Position numbers and translations under genes: made by a program
The notes under the pieces: model-generated
The model's database searches: none
The model's input: the letters and a program-made list of their open reading frames with translations, nothing else
What the model was told of the DNA's origin: nothing
In this document: positions 23,340 through 33,667 of the stretch, one piece after another
Layout of the letters: each line of letters starts with the position of its first letter
Position numbering within the stretch: the first letter of the stretch is position 1
DNA from: Prorocentrum cordatum
Taxonomy: Eukaryota
Direction of reading: 5' to 3'
Length of the DNA: 55,187 bases
NCBI GenBank assembly: GCA_963575745.1
Contig: CAUYUJ010000178.1
Location: 62,001-117,187, forward strand

Positions 23340-24700
23340 CCCGCCATCCTCTGAATGTTATGCGCGCATTCTCGTTCATCAAAATTCAGCAGTGTTCAAG
23401 AATACCTTACACTAGATGGGACGAAGTGCACGCGCGCGATGTCGCGCGCGAGTGCCGAAATCAGTCAAAATGCGCGAGTTCTGGCGAATTCTTAAGAAAA
23501 CCATCGGTTGTTCAACATGTGCAGAAAATGCAGCCGAACGGCTTTCGCGCGCGCGCATGTCGAAATCGTTCGAACGGTTTTTCGCCCGTGCTGTCGCGAG
23601 GAATGTGTTGGAAAAAGTGGGACGAATGGCACGCGCGTGCGTCGTCGTGCGCGCATGCCGAAATCCTTCAAAAACCGTCGGCTTCGAAAGGAATTCAAAA
23701 TCGAGTGTCTAGAAAACACAGATACAAAACACATGGTTTCGCAACATCAGTTTAAAAACGGTCGTTGCGTTCTTGCGAATTCTCAAGGAAGCCATAAGTT
23801 GTTTTATCATGTTCATTGAACTCTGCCAAACGAGCCACTCGCGGGGCGCACGTCGAACTTCGAACTCCTTCCAAAACCTTCATCACCGACGCGAGGACGC
23901 CGGCATCGTCGTCGGCGTGATCAGCTTCGGCGCCGTCACTGGCCGTGCCGTCGCCGTTGTCATCATCTTCACCAGCACTGCGAATTACTGCCATCATCGA
24001 GTTTACCATCGTCGACGTTGCCATGATACCGCGCCCGCCCAAGTCGCTGACTCGCAGTGAGGTGCCCGCTGGGATGTGCCCACCGGTCAGCGCCACCGCG
24101 GCCGCGTCGGTCACGCCAAGCTAGCTGGCCGCTGTTAGCGCGGCCGCAGACATGCACCAGCCAACACCATGCACTCATCGCAATCGCCGCCGCATGGGCT
24201 TTTGCAAACCAAGTTGCTACTAGTTGGGACGATTGCGCGAGCAGTGGAGTGGACAATTCATTGCGGACAGGAATGTATTGCGCCACATAGATTCACCACG
24301 CGGCGTCCAGCCCGCCAATATGACGACATCGGTGACGATCTCATTGGATTGGACAACATGGGCTGCACCACATTGATTGGACATAGCACATAGCTTGCAC
24401 AATCTGTCCTGGACCAGATAGACTGCACCACGTAGTTGCATTCACGATGTTAAATACACATATATGTATGCATGTACCGCTGGTTGTACGGCGCAAGCTG
24501 CACCACCCAAGTTGCACTGCCTAGTTTGGACAGCGCAGCTCTCATAACATAGAGCTTACAATATTCATTGGACCGCATACAGTACATCACATAGTTATAT
24601 CAAATAGACCACACTACCTTTATTATACGGCAGAGATTGCATCAAAGAGGTTGCAACGTACACCTGATGCACCAGTACATGAGCGCCCCGGGACTGCAAT
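23340..24700 (+). repeat. Dispersed ~1 kb unclassified repeat followed by a degenerate 14-bp (CACATAGATTGCAC)n array
   Basis: Shares blocks such as catcaccgacgcgaggacgcc and gctagctggccgct with ~45560-46240 and ~46400-47650. Confidence 0.75.
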
Positions 24701-24744
24701 AGCTTAGTGTTTCGGGTTCGAGATAGCAAACATCCGGCGCATGC

Positions 24745-24780
<36 letters not shown>

Positions 24781-26574
24781 GTTCTGTGCGCCGTTGTCGT
24801 AGCTGGCTACACACAGTTGTCATGCATGCTGTTTTGTGGGAAATGTGTGTGCGTGATGTTTTCGTCGGTATCCATAGAGGTGGCCCCAGTGCTAGTGCCG
24901 ACCTCTGTTGAGTTATATACAACCAATGAAAGTAGACCGATATCCGTTGGACAAAGTTGTTGGGACCCATTGCAGGGACGCTTCAATGATTGCTGGGGTG
25001 TGGTTCTCAATCATAAGGAAGGTGAGAAAGAGAAGGAGACGTGCATGGAGGAGGCATAGGAGCAGGAGGGAGGGCAAGGCAGCCAGCGATCAGCGATCAG
25101 CCCCATGAGGACGCCACCAGTGAGCAGCCGCCAGCAGCGTGGCAGGCGGCAGAGGGAGCAGAAGAGCGCGCTGGGGTGAGGCTGCGCGTTGACATTTGGA
25201 GAGGGAAGCACATTGAGAGCGCATCGGAGGAGTAGAACGATGTTATCACCATCTCGGTTATGCAGCCAGTGTTGCCTAAGCGGTCACCTGCAGCACAAGT
25301 TCAGAGCGCGGCAAGCCACGACCAGCCGCTTCGGGTTGAGCGTCACGGTGCCCAGGAGAATGTTGACCGAGTCCTCGTTCTTCTACCATGCCAGGACCCT
25401 CGGGATGACCAGAGTTTGGTGCACGAGCTGAGAGGAGAGGAGGAAGAGGCCCGAGGGAGCAGGAGGCGGAGGCAGGGAGGGAGCAAGATAGGGAGCTCAT
25501 TGTCGGGCGTCGGAGGACGAGCAGGAGAGGCACGAGGACCAGGTGGCCTGGGCGAGTGCAAACAGCAAGGCCCGAGTGCAGTCACGTGGGGACGCTTCGC
25601 TGCCTGACCTCCCGGGGCCCGCGCAACCCGCAGGACCACACACACACGCACACACACCAACTAAAAGCAAGGCGAGCCCCCAAGATGTTCGCTGGGGGGT
25701 TCTTCGAAGCCCTCCTGGCTCCTGGGAGGCCTCTTTGGAAGCCGCCGGGCCTCATTGGGAAGGCCCGCGCAGGCCCGCTCACAGACGGCTTCGATCTGCC
25801 CCAGGGGCGCACTGCGCGTCCGTAGCCGCGTCGCGCTCGCGCAAGCTCGTGGGTCGGTTGCCCTTCCCCCTCCAGCTCCCCCTCCTCCTCCGCCTCCTCC
25901 TCCTCCTCCTCCCCTCCTCCTCCTCCTCCCCCTCCTCCTCCTCCTCCTCCTCCTCATCCTCCTCCTCCTCCTCCCCTCCTCCTCCTCCTCTCCTCCTCCT
26001 CCTCCTCCTCCTTCTCCTCCTTCTCCTCCTCCTCCTCCTCACTCCTCCTCCTCAAGGGTGCTGCCAGAAGTGCCCCTGGCCCAAGGTGCCCCGAGGATTT
26101 CCCAAGAGGCCCCCATGGCCTCCAGAGCACCCTGCTGAGGCCCAGAGGGCCCCAGGGGCTCCAGGACGAAGACCCCAAAAACATATGAAAATATATGAAA
26201 TATTGTTATTTGTGTGTATTTATGTGTGTGTGTGTGTCCCAGGGCCCCTTCAATATCGCCCCCCCAAGAGGTGGCAAGGTTTTTTGGTTCAGGGTTTCCG
26301 GAACTCGCCATCTGGGTCACCAGCATTCACCACCAATTGCGATTACTTGTCTTCTACCGACCCCCAGCATTCACCACCAATCACGGCCATCCAGTCTTCA
26401 CCTCCAGTCCTCGACCTATTCCTGTCGACCTCCAGCCTCGAGGGCAAGATCTTCAGCTTCAAGGGCAAGATATCGTGGAAGCTGCCACAATTAAACTTGA
26501 GAGCAAGATCGAGCTGGACCTACGATCGGGCCTCATTGTCTGACGCTCCGACGCTCTGGCGCCTCTGCCCATGT

Positions 26575-26745
26575 TCTAGGCCTCTTAGATGGGGTCCGAG
26601 TAGATGGGTCGGAGGATCGCGCTGCATCGCCGATGCATCGACGATGCGGCTCGATGTGGAGACCGTGTTTCCCCACGCCGACGTCGCCGATGCATCGCCG
26701 ACGTCGGCGATGCGGCGCGATCCTTCGACCCCATCTACTCGGACG
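26575..26745. mobile_element. MITE family F, truncated copy
   Basis: Homologous to 16998-17232. Confidence 0.75.
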
Positions 26746-26829
26746 TCCCGAGCCTTCTTGATCCTCCTCCTCCTCCTCCTCCTCCTCCTCCTCCTCCTCC
26801 TCCTCCTCCTCCTCCTCCTCCTCCCTTTG

Positions 26830-26859
26830 CCTTTCTGGCTCAAGCCGTCCTGGCTCAAG
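26830..26859 (+). other. Two tandem relic dinoflagellate spliced leaders
   Basis: cctttctggctcaag (13/15) and ccgtcctggctcaag (12/15) against CCATTTTGGCTCAAG, the 3' 15 nt of DinoSL. They end 67 nt upstream of ATG 26927. Confidence 0.85.
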
Positions 26860-26926
26860 CCACACGCCACGCCCACGGGGCGCGGCGCGCCAGGACAGGG
26901 CGCGCACCCGAGGCGTGGGCCAGCCG

Positions 26927-29900
26927 ATGTCGGGCTCGCCGCCGCCCGCTGCGGAGTGGACCTCGCCGGCGCCGGCGGCCGAGGCCCGGCCCGCGGCGCC
27001 CGCGCGGGCGGAGTGGCCGCGCTTCGACCGCCCCCAGACCCGCGGCGCGCTGCCGCCGCCGATGGAGTGCTCGAGCCCCCCCGCCTCGCCCCGCCGCGTG
27101 AGCCTCGCCCCGCCCGGGCCGCCGGGCGCGGCCGGCCCCGACCAGGCGGAGCCGCGCGAGGAGGAGGAGGAGGAGGAGGAGGAGGAGGAGGAGGAGGAGG
27201 AGGAGGAGGAGGAGGAGGAGGAGGGAGGAGAGAGGAGGAGGAGGAGAGGAGGAGGAGAGGAGAGGAGAGAGGAGGAGGGAGGAGGAGAGGAGGAGGAGGA
27301 GGAGGGAGGAGGAGGGAGGAGGAAGAGCAGACGTGGAGGAGGAGGAGGAGGAGGAGGAGGAGGAGGAGGAGGAGGCCGGCGCCCCGCAGGAGGCCGGGCC
27401 GTGGGGCACGGTGGGCCCCGAGCGCGTGCGGTCGCCCGGCCCGCGGGCGGCGCACCTGCAGGAGGCGCGGGGCGGCGCCGGCGGCGGCAGCCTTCGCTCG
27501 TCGGCCGCGCCGCGGCCGCGGCCGTCGGGGGCTTCGGGCGCGTGCGCCGCGGGCGGCGCGGGCTTCCGGGACAGGCTCGAGGCGCTGGCGGCCACGCACG
27601 ACCTGGAGGTGGCGGACCTGCGGGGCGAGGTGCGCAGACGTCGGGCGTCTCGGGCAGAAGCGGGGCGGAGGCGTGCCGCCGTGCTCGGCCTCCGCGGGGC
27701 CCTCGCCGGGCCTCGGGGCCGTCAGAAAGCGACTCGGGGTGCGGTCCCGGGGAAGCGGTCGGGAGGTCGGGGGCCCGTGTCTCGAAAAAGTCGAGGCGTC
27801 GGATGTCTGGGGAGGTGGTGGACCTGCGGGGAGGGGTCATCGTCTTGCAGAACCAGGTGGAGCAGTACAGGTCGCTCCTCCACAGGGCGCAGGACAGTTT
27901 CGGGCGGATCTGTGGGGAGCTCCCGTCGGCTGCGGGCGAATGGCCTGCCGTGTCTGACCTGATGCAGGAGATCGCCAGCGAGATGGCGGGCGAGATGCAG
28001 GACGTTTGGGGCAATGCTGCCGACGGCACGCCGAAGGCATCGTGCTGCCCCTCGCAGGTTGGCGTCGTCGCAACGACGCCCGCGCGCAGCGCCACCCAGA
28101 AGCGGGCAACCGCCGTGGCCCTGAACAGCAAGTTGAACAAGGCGACGTCGAGGCAGGTGTCAGCAGTCATGCCGCCCGCAGCTCGAAGGGCTCTGACGCG
28201 CAACCTCTACCAGCAGCAGAAGAAGATCAAGGGCTCCTCGGTAAATCTGGACGGGACCTACCTGCAGCGTTTTGTTGGCCACTGTTCGTTCGACTTGGTT
28301 TGCGCCTGCATGATAATCACAAATTCTATCATCATCGGCGTTGAGGTCCAGTGGCTGACTACGCACGAGACAGAGCTGGCGGCGACCAAAATCTTGGGCC
28401 TGCTGTGCAGCTGCTTCTTCTTCATCGAGCTGGTGCTCCGCATCGTCGCTGATGGCATGCGACACTTCTTCGTCCTCTCCGACAACAGAAACTGGAACTG
28501 GTTCGACTGTGTTCTTGTGGTGATGTCGGTCTTCGACGGCGTGTCGCTGGCGGACGCTGGTGTAGCGGCCTCCACCGTCGGGGCGGGCGCGGGCTTCAAG
28601 ACCATCAAGATATTGAGGATTGTCCGCGTTGTGCGGGTATTCCGCTTCTTTAGCAAGCTCAGCCAGCTGGCGTTCATGATCATAGATTCTGTCAAGTCGT
28701 TGATGTGGGCCCTCGTCCTGTTGGGACTCGTCATTTACGTGTTCGCCATCTTCTTCACGCACTACACCACCGAGCACATCAGGCGCCAGGGGAAGGGTAA
28801 CACGTCCATCCATATCGATGAGCACTTCGGCAACCTGTGGTTGACTCTGTTCACCCTATTCCACACCATGCTCAACGGCATCAGCTGGTACACTCTACCG
28901 TCCGCGCTGTACACCATCCCTGGTTGGACAGGTCCGTTCTTGGCATTCGGATTTGTATGCTATCTGTCGTTCACCATGCTCGTCGTGATGAATATCATTA
29001 CTGGTGTGTTTGTGGACAACGCAGTGCAGACGGCTGGCACGCAGCGGGAGTTTCTGGTGCAGAAAGAGATGGAGGTCAAGGAGCAGTGGCGCAGCGAGAT
29101 GCGCAGCATCTTCCTGGAGATGGACGCCGATCGCTCCGGGACGGTGAGCAGGGAGGAGGTGTCGGACTTCTGCAACCACGAGCGCGTGCAGCACTACCTC
29201 ACCGCGCTCGGGCTGGACGTGCACGACACGGAGCGGCTGTTCGAGCTCCTCGACGTGAACCACGACGGCGAGCTCGACGTGGACGAGTTCCTGGACGGGT
29301 GCCTGCGCCTCAAGGGCGTGGCCCGCAGCATCGACGTCTGCAGCCTCATCCACCAGTCGCGCCCTCAGTGGGCCCCGGAAACGGCAGGGCCGTTCACCGT
29401 TTCCGAAAGAGCGTGCCCCTTGAGAATGGAACCGGCAAAACACCGGCGACCGGGAACGGCAACAGGATTGGAGCCGGAGCGGGGACCCGTGAAAGAACGG
29501 CGACGGAACCGGTAAAAAAACGGCCTTGCCGTTCCCGGGGCCGGAACCGGAACCAGAGCCGGAACCGGTAAAAGAACGGCGTCGGAACCGGCAAAAAAAC
29601 GGCTACTTCCCGTTTCCGGGGCCCACTAAGGTCGCGCCTGCTGTGCCGGCGCGTCGACGGCATCGACTCCACGCTGCGCACGCACCTGGGCAGCGCCAGG
29701 CACTCGGGCATAGCCAGGACCCGGGTAAGGGGACCCGGGTAGTGGTATGGCCCCGAAGCCCCCAAATTGTCCAGAATCACTAAGCCAGGTCTGCCGTAGC
29801 TGGTGTTTTGTCGGGTGGCGGCAGTTCCGGATAGTGGAACGGGGCGGGGGGGGCGTCCCCCAGTACACATCCCCAGACATCCGACGTCTCGATTTTTTCG

Positions 29901-30190
29901 AGACACGGGCCCCGGACGTCCCGACCACTTCCCCAGGGCCGGTTTGTCGCCCCGAGTCGTTTTTTGACGGCCCCGAGGCCCGGCGAGGGCCCCGAGAGGC
30001 CGAAAACGACGAAAAACCTCCGTCTCGATTTTTTCGAGACGCCCGATGTCTGGGTCACTGAACCAGGTACCACTAAACCCAGTTCTGCCAACGCCCGAGG
30101 CACCCCCGGCGCACCCTCCGCAGCCCGAGCAGGGCGGAGCGGCCGCCCTCGGCCCGGTCGGACCCCGCCGGCTTGGCGCAGCAGCGTTAG
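26927..30190 (+). CDS. Single-domain (6TM) voltage-gated cation channel with two C-terminal EF-hands; predicted exons 26927-27160, 27375-27629, 27815-29355, 29631-29699, 30100-30190 (729 aa)
   Basis: S2 FFFIELVLR, S3 WNWFDCVLV, S4 KTIKILRIVRVVRVFR, pore TLFHTMLNGISW, S6 MNIITGVFVD. EF loops DADRSGTVSREE (29123-29158) and DVNHDGELDVDE (29252-29287). The exons sum to 2190 nt, stay in frame and end at TAG 30188-30190. The core exon is well supported; the terminal exons are inferred. Confidence 0.88.
27161..27374 (+). repeat. (GAG)n tract interrupting the channel CDS; candidate GA-AG intron
   Basis: The protein-like frame changes across the tract (214 nt, not a multiple of 3). Boundaries are gag|ga ... 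ag|g. Confidence 0.55.
27633..27811. mobile_element. MITE family C copy forming a predicted GT-AG intron (27630-27814)
   Basis: cgcagac...gtctggg flanked by the direct repeat gaggtg (27627-27632 and 27812-27817). Removing 27630-27814 restores the frame. Confidence 0.85.
29364..29630. mobile_element. TIR element with 8-bp TSD forming a predicted GT-AG intron (29356-29630)
   Basis: TIR ctcagtgggccccggaaacgg / ccgtttccggggcccactaag (20/21) and perfect TSD gtcgcgcc. Internal ggaaccgg repeats. Confidence 0.9.
29703..30099. mobile_element. TIR element with 3-bp TSD forming a predicted GC-AG intron (29700-30099), with a nested MITE C (29872-30054, TSD tc)
   Basis: Ends ctcgggc...gcccgag with an imperfect longer TIR. 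TSD gca at 29700-29702 and 30100-30102. Confidence 0.75.
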
Positions 30191-30226
30191 AGCGCTCACG
30201 TCGCTCTCCTCCTCCCCAGAGATCCC

Positions 30227-30411
30227 CCCAGACCCCCTCGCGTCGTGAAAAATCACGACGGAAGGTTTTTCGCTATTTTCGCCCTCCGGAGGTCCTCACC
30301 GGGCCGCGGGAGCGTCAAAAAACGACTCAGGATGAAAAACCGGTCCCGGGGAAAGGGTCCAGACCTCTGGGGGTCGACGTCATGAAAAAATCACGACGTC
30401 GGGGGTCTGGG
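30227..30411. mobile_element. MITE family C (young subfamily) inserted at the end of another C copy (30412-30597)
   Basis: Near-identical to 32154-32339 and to the reverse complement of 13874-14059. Flanked by the 12-bp duplication cccagagatccc. Confidence 0.88.
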
Positions 30412-31135
30412 CCCAGAGATCCCACGTGTTGCAAAACAAAAATCGAGGCAGAGGTATTTCGAAGTTTTGGGCCCCTGGGGGCCCTCGCCGGGCCCCGGGG
30501 CCGTCAAAGAACGAATCGGGATGAAAAACCGGTCCAGGGGAATGGGTCGAGACTGCCGGGGACCCCGCAGGAAAAATCACGACATCGGATCTCTGGGTCC
30601 TTCCCTCGTTTTTAGCAGGCGGTCCGTTTCCCAGCAGTGCACCCCGCGATGTTGTCGTAGCTTCCATTCCCAGACTATTTTTTTGGCGCTCCGGTGCCAT
30701 CTTGCCGGGCCTTGGCGGCCCACAGCGGCAAGTTGCGTGCGTCGTGCGACCGGCAAGGCGATGGCGCCTGCTCCGATTTGCCCGTCCGAGTGGGCTGCGG
30801 CGTTCTCTCGGGGGGCGGGCGCGCCTGTCGCGGAGGCGGGCGCGGAAGAGAGAGCAGGTGCGGCAGCGTTCCCAGTGACGCGGGGCCTGGCGGCACAGGT
30901 GACGGACATAGTTTGCGCATCCAGGCCATCCAGACTTGATTTGTCGGCGATGTGTTGCGTTCTTTGTATACGGGAGTCCTCCTCGAAACAATGTTGCCTT
31001 GGATCTGTGACATTTGAAGGGGGCCTACCAATCGAATCACATGGGCGATCAGCCCGAGTGTGTCATCGATGTACCATGGCCGCACGCTCATGTGAGCTTA
31101 CGGTTGTTTAGCTTGGCCTAGAGAATTTGAATTGA

Positions 31136-31290
31136 TCAGGAGGGGAAAACACATACAGACACGAGTCATCGTCGATTCCCAGGAAAATATCGGAAAATAG
31201 GGGGAAGACGCAACCCCAGAAAATATTTGAAAATATCGGGAATATTGGGATTCGCACTTTTTTATATGTGTGTATTCCTGGGCCCCTTGA
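31136..31290 (+). mobile_element. MITE family E
   Basis: tcaggagggg...ccccttga with flanks attga/actga (4/5). Confidence 0.7.
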
Positions 31291-32153
31291 ACTGAGCGTG
31301 GTTTAGCTTGGACTAGGTTGTGCCTTGAGGTTTCCGGCATGGAACTGCCGCGCCATTAAGCTAGACTTCTCTCGACTGTCGGGCGAGTCTGCATTGGCCA
31401 GACACAGCCAGCCACGAGTTTGGCCACGCGGCCTGTCACAGGCAGGTGCAGGAGGAGATGGAAGATCAACAGGGCGGGGGGGCGATGAGGATGATGGGGG
31501 ATAGGAGAGGATCATCGCAGACACGCGTTTTCCAGGTTGCGTCATCTGCGGCGGCTTCATTGTAGGACAAGACGCCACACTGGTTTTGGTGCAAACCGCC
31601 GCATTTGCGGCGACTCGACCCAGTCGCGCACGCAAACGCTCTTCCGCCAATTATGTTGATGCCGCGGGCGTGTGAAGCATGCTCTGCGCCTCGGCTGCCA
31701 GTCCCCATTTGCGATCCTTTCCCCCTGCCTGCGTTCCCTCTCTGGTCCTCCAGCTGTCTACCTCCTTGCAGCACATCCAGGTTGCTGACTTCGTCGCAGA
31801 AGTGCGAGTCCCGATCGTCCCCAGAGGGCCGCCATGGAGAAAAACAATGAAAAGAAGTTCTCAAAACAGTTAAACAATGCATGTTGCAAATTTTCGTTAA
31901 ATACAAAAAAAAACACACAAAAAAACACACACCTACAAAAAAAAAAAAAAAAAAAAAAACTTTTCGAGCCTCCCGCCCCGCGGGGCGAAGCACCACGCGA
32001 TCCGCTCGCAAGGCGTACCGAGTCGCATGGGCCGCCGCGGCGACACGCCAAGCAAGGGTGTCCGACCGCACGGCCCTCGTCGCGTCGCCGCCGCTGCTGG
32101 AGGCATCCGGAGGGTGCACTCGGCAGGCGCGGGCGCTCGTCGGGCTCCAGCTA

Positions 32154-32339
32154 CCCAGACCCCCTCGCGTCGTGAAAAAATCACGACGGAAGGTTTTTCG
32201 CTATTTTCGCCCTCCGGAGGTCCTCACCGGGCCGCGGGAGCGTCAAAAAACGACTCAGGATGAAAAACCGGTCCCGGGGAAAGGGTCCAGACCTCTGGGG
32301 GTCGACGTCATGAAAAAATCACGACGTCGGGGGTCTGGG
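32154..32339. mobile_element. MITE family C, 2-bp TSD ta
   Basis: ta-cccagac...gtctggg-ta. Confidence 0.88.
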
Positions 32340-32780
32340 TAGACAGATCGAAGGGCGCTCGCGTGGAGCCTCCTGGAGGTTTCCTGTGAGCCAGGCAGTG
32401 GCGCGCGGGGTGCGCTCGCGCGCAGCGGCGCGCCGCAGCGCCGACCTGCAGCGAGCGAGCCCGAGCAGTCCCGCCCACGATAACCCACCAATCGCCGCGT
32501 GGCGGGGCCCCCGGGCTGCGAAGGCGAGGCGGCAGCCCCCCCCTCACCAACAGAGCACGCCGCCACCACAGTGCAGCGGGGGCGCGCATGAAGAAAACAT
32601 GTGCTTTTCGCCAGGGTATCCTGGTTTCTTCGCTCCTCGCGCTGCGCGTGTCGACTTCTTCCCGCAGCCGTTGAAGGAACTCTTGCGTTCAGGGTGCCTC
32701 AGGTTTCCCTTCAGGTGTACCTCGCGCACGGGTTCTCAGGGTTGGGTTTTTTGCGAGGGTTTCTTGCGGCCGCGCCCGCA

Positions 32781-32957
32781 CTGTAGGGGCCCGACCACAA
32801 GAAGCCTTACACAACAAGCCCAGCCCTGAGACCCCAGGACGTCCATCGATGTTTGGTGCGAGAGCGTCACGCTTGCCATGACAGAACCATCGAGGCCCAG
32901 GAAACCCAGGGCACCCTGGAGGCACGCAGGGTGTTTCTTGGCGTGGGCCCCCACTGT
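32781..32957 (-). mobile_element. MITE family D, reverse orientation
   Basis: Ends ...gggcccccactg-ta and is the reverse complement of 48233-48408. Confidence 0.75.
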
Positions 32958-33481
32958 ACCTATTGGTCGAACATGCGAAGTTTCAAGACGACGAAGGCTC
33001 CCTCGACTTTCTTTCCAATGGCATTCGCCGTCACCGATCCGGTGGGCGTGGGCGTGGGCGTGGGCGGCGGTGCCTTGGTGGAGGTTCCCCTGGTGGTGCC
33101 TCCAAGCTCGGGGAAGCCAGCTCTGGAAGTGGTGTTTAGCCTGCGGCGCGCTGGTGGCGTCCTGGTCGAGGCCAGCGGCGTGCTGTCGGGAGAGAGAGAG
33201 AGAGAGAGAGACGAGCAAGGTCAGTTGAGTTGTAGGGGCGGAGAGGAGGCGGAATCGGAGGAGGAATCGAAAGAGGAGTGCGGGGATCTGACCGTCGCCG
33301 TCGCCGCCCGGCAAGAGCTGCACAGCCGAGCGCGCCTGCGCTCACATCAACACATCAGATCCCGTACGGGGGCACGGGCCTGCCCCACCCCAGGGCCACC
33401 GGCCGCTGCATCCCCCGTCGCCCGTTCGCGACTCTTGTGACGGAGGCTCGTCCGACCCGGAGCTCGATCCAGAGCTCAACC

Positions 33482-33667
33482 CCCAGACATGATCGCGTCG
33501 TAAAAAAAAATCAGGACGGGAGTTTTTGGCCGTTTTCGGCCTCGGGGGGCTCTCGCCGGGCCTCGGGGCGGTCAAAAAACCGTTCAGGATGAGAAGTCGG
33601 TCCCTGGGAAAGGGTCGGGATTTCCAGGGACCCCTTCTTGAACCACTCAGGACGTCGCACGTCTGGG
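33482..33667. mobile_element. MITE family C
   Basis: cccagac...gtctggg with the family core; no clear TSD. Confidence 0.8.
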
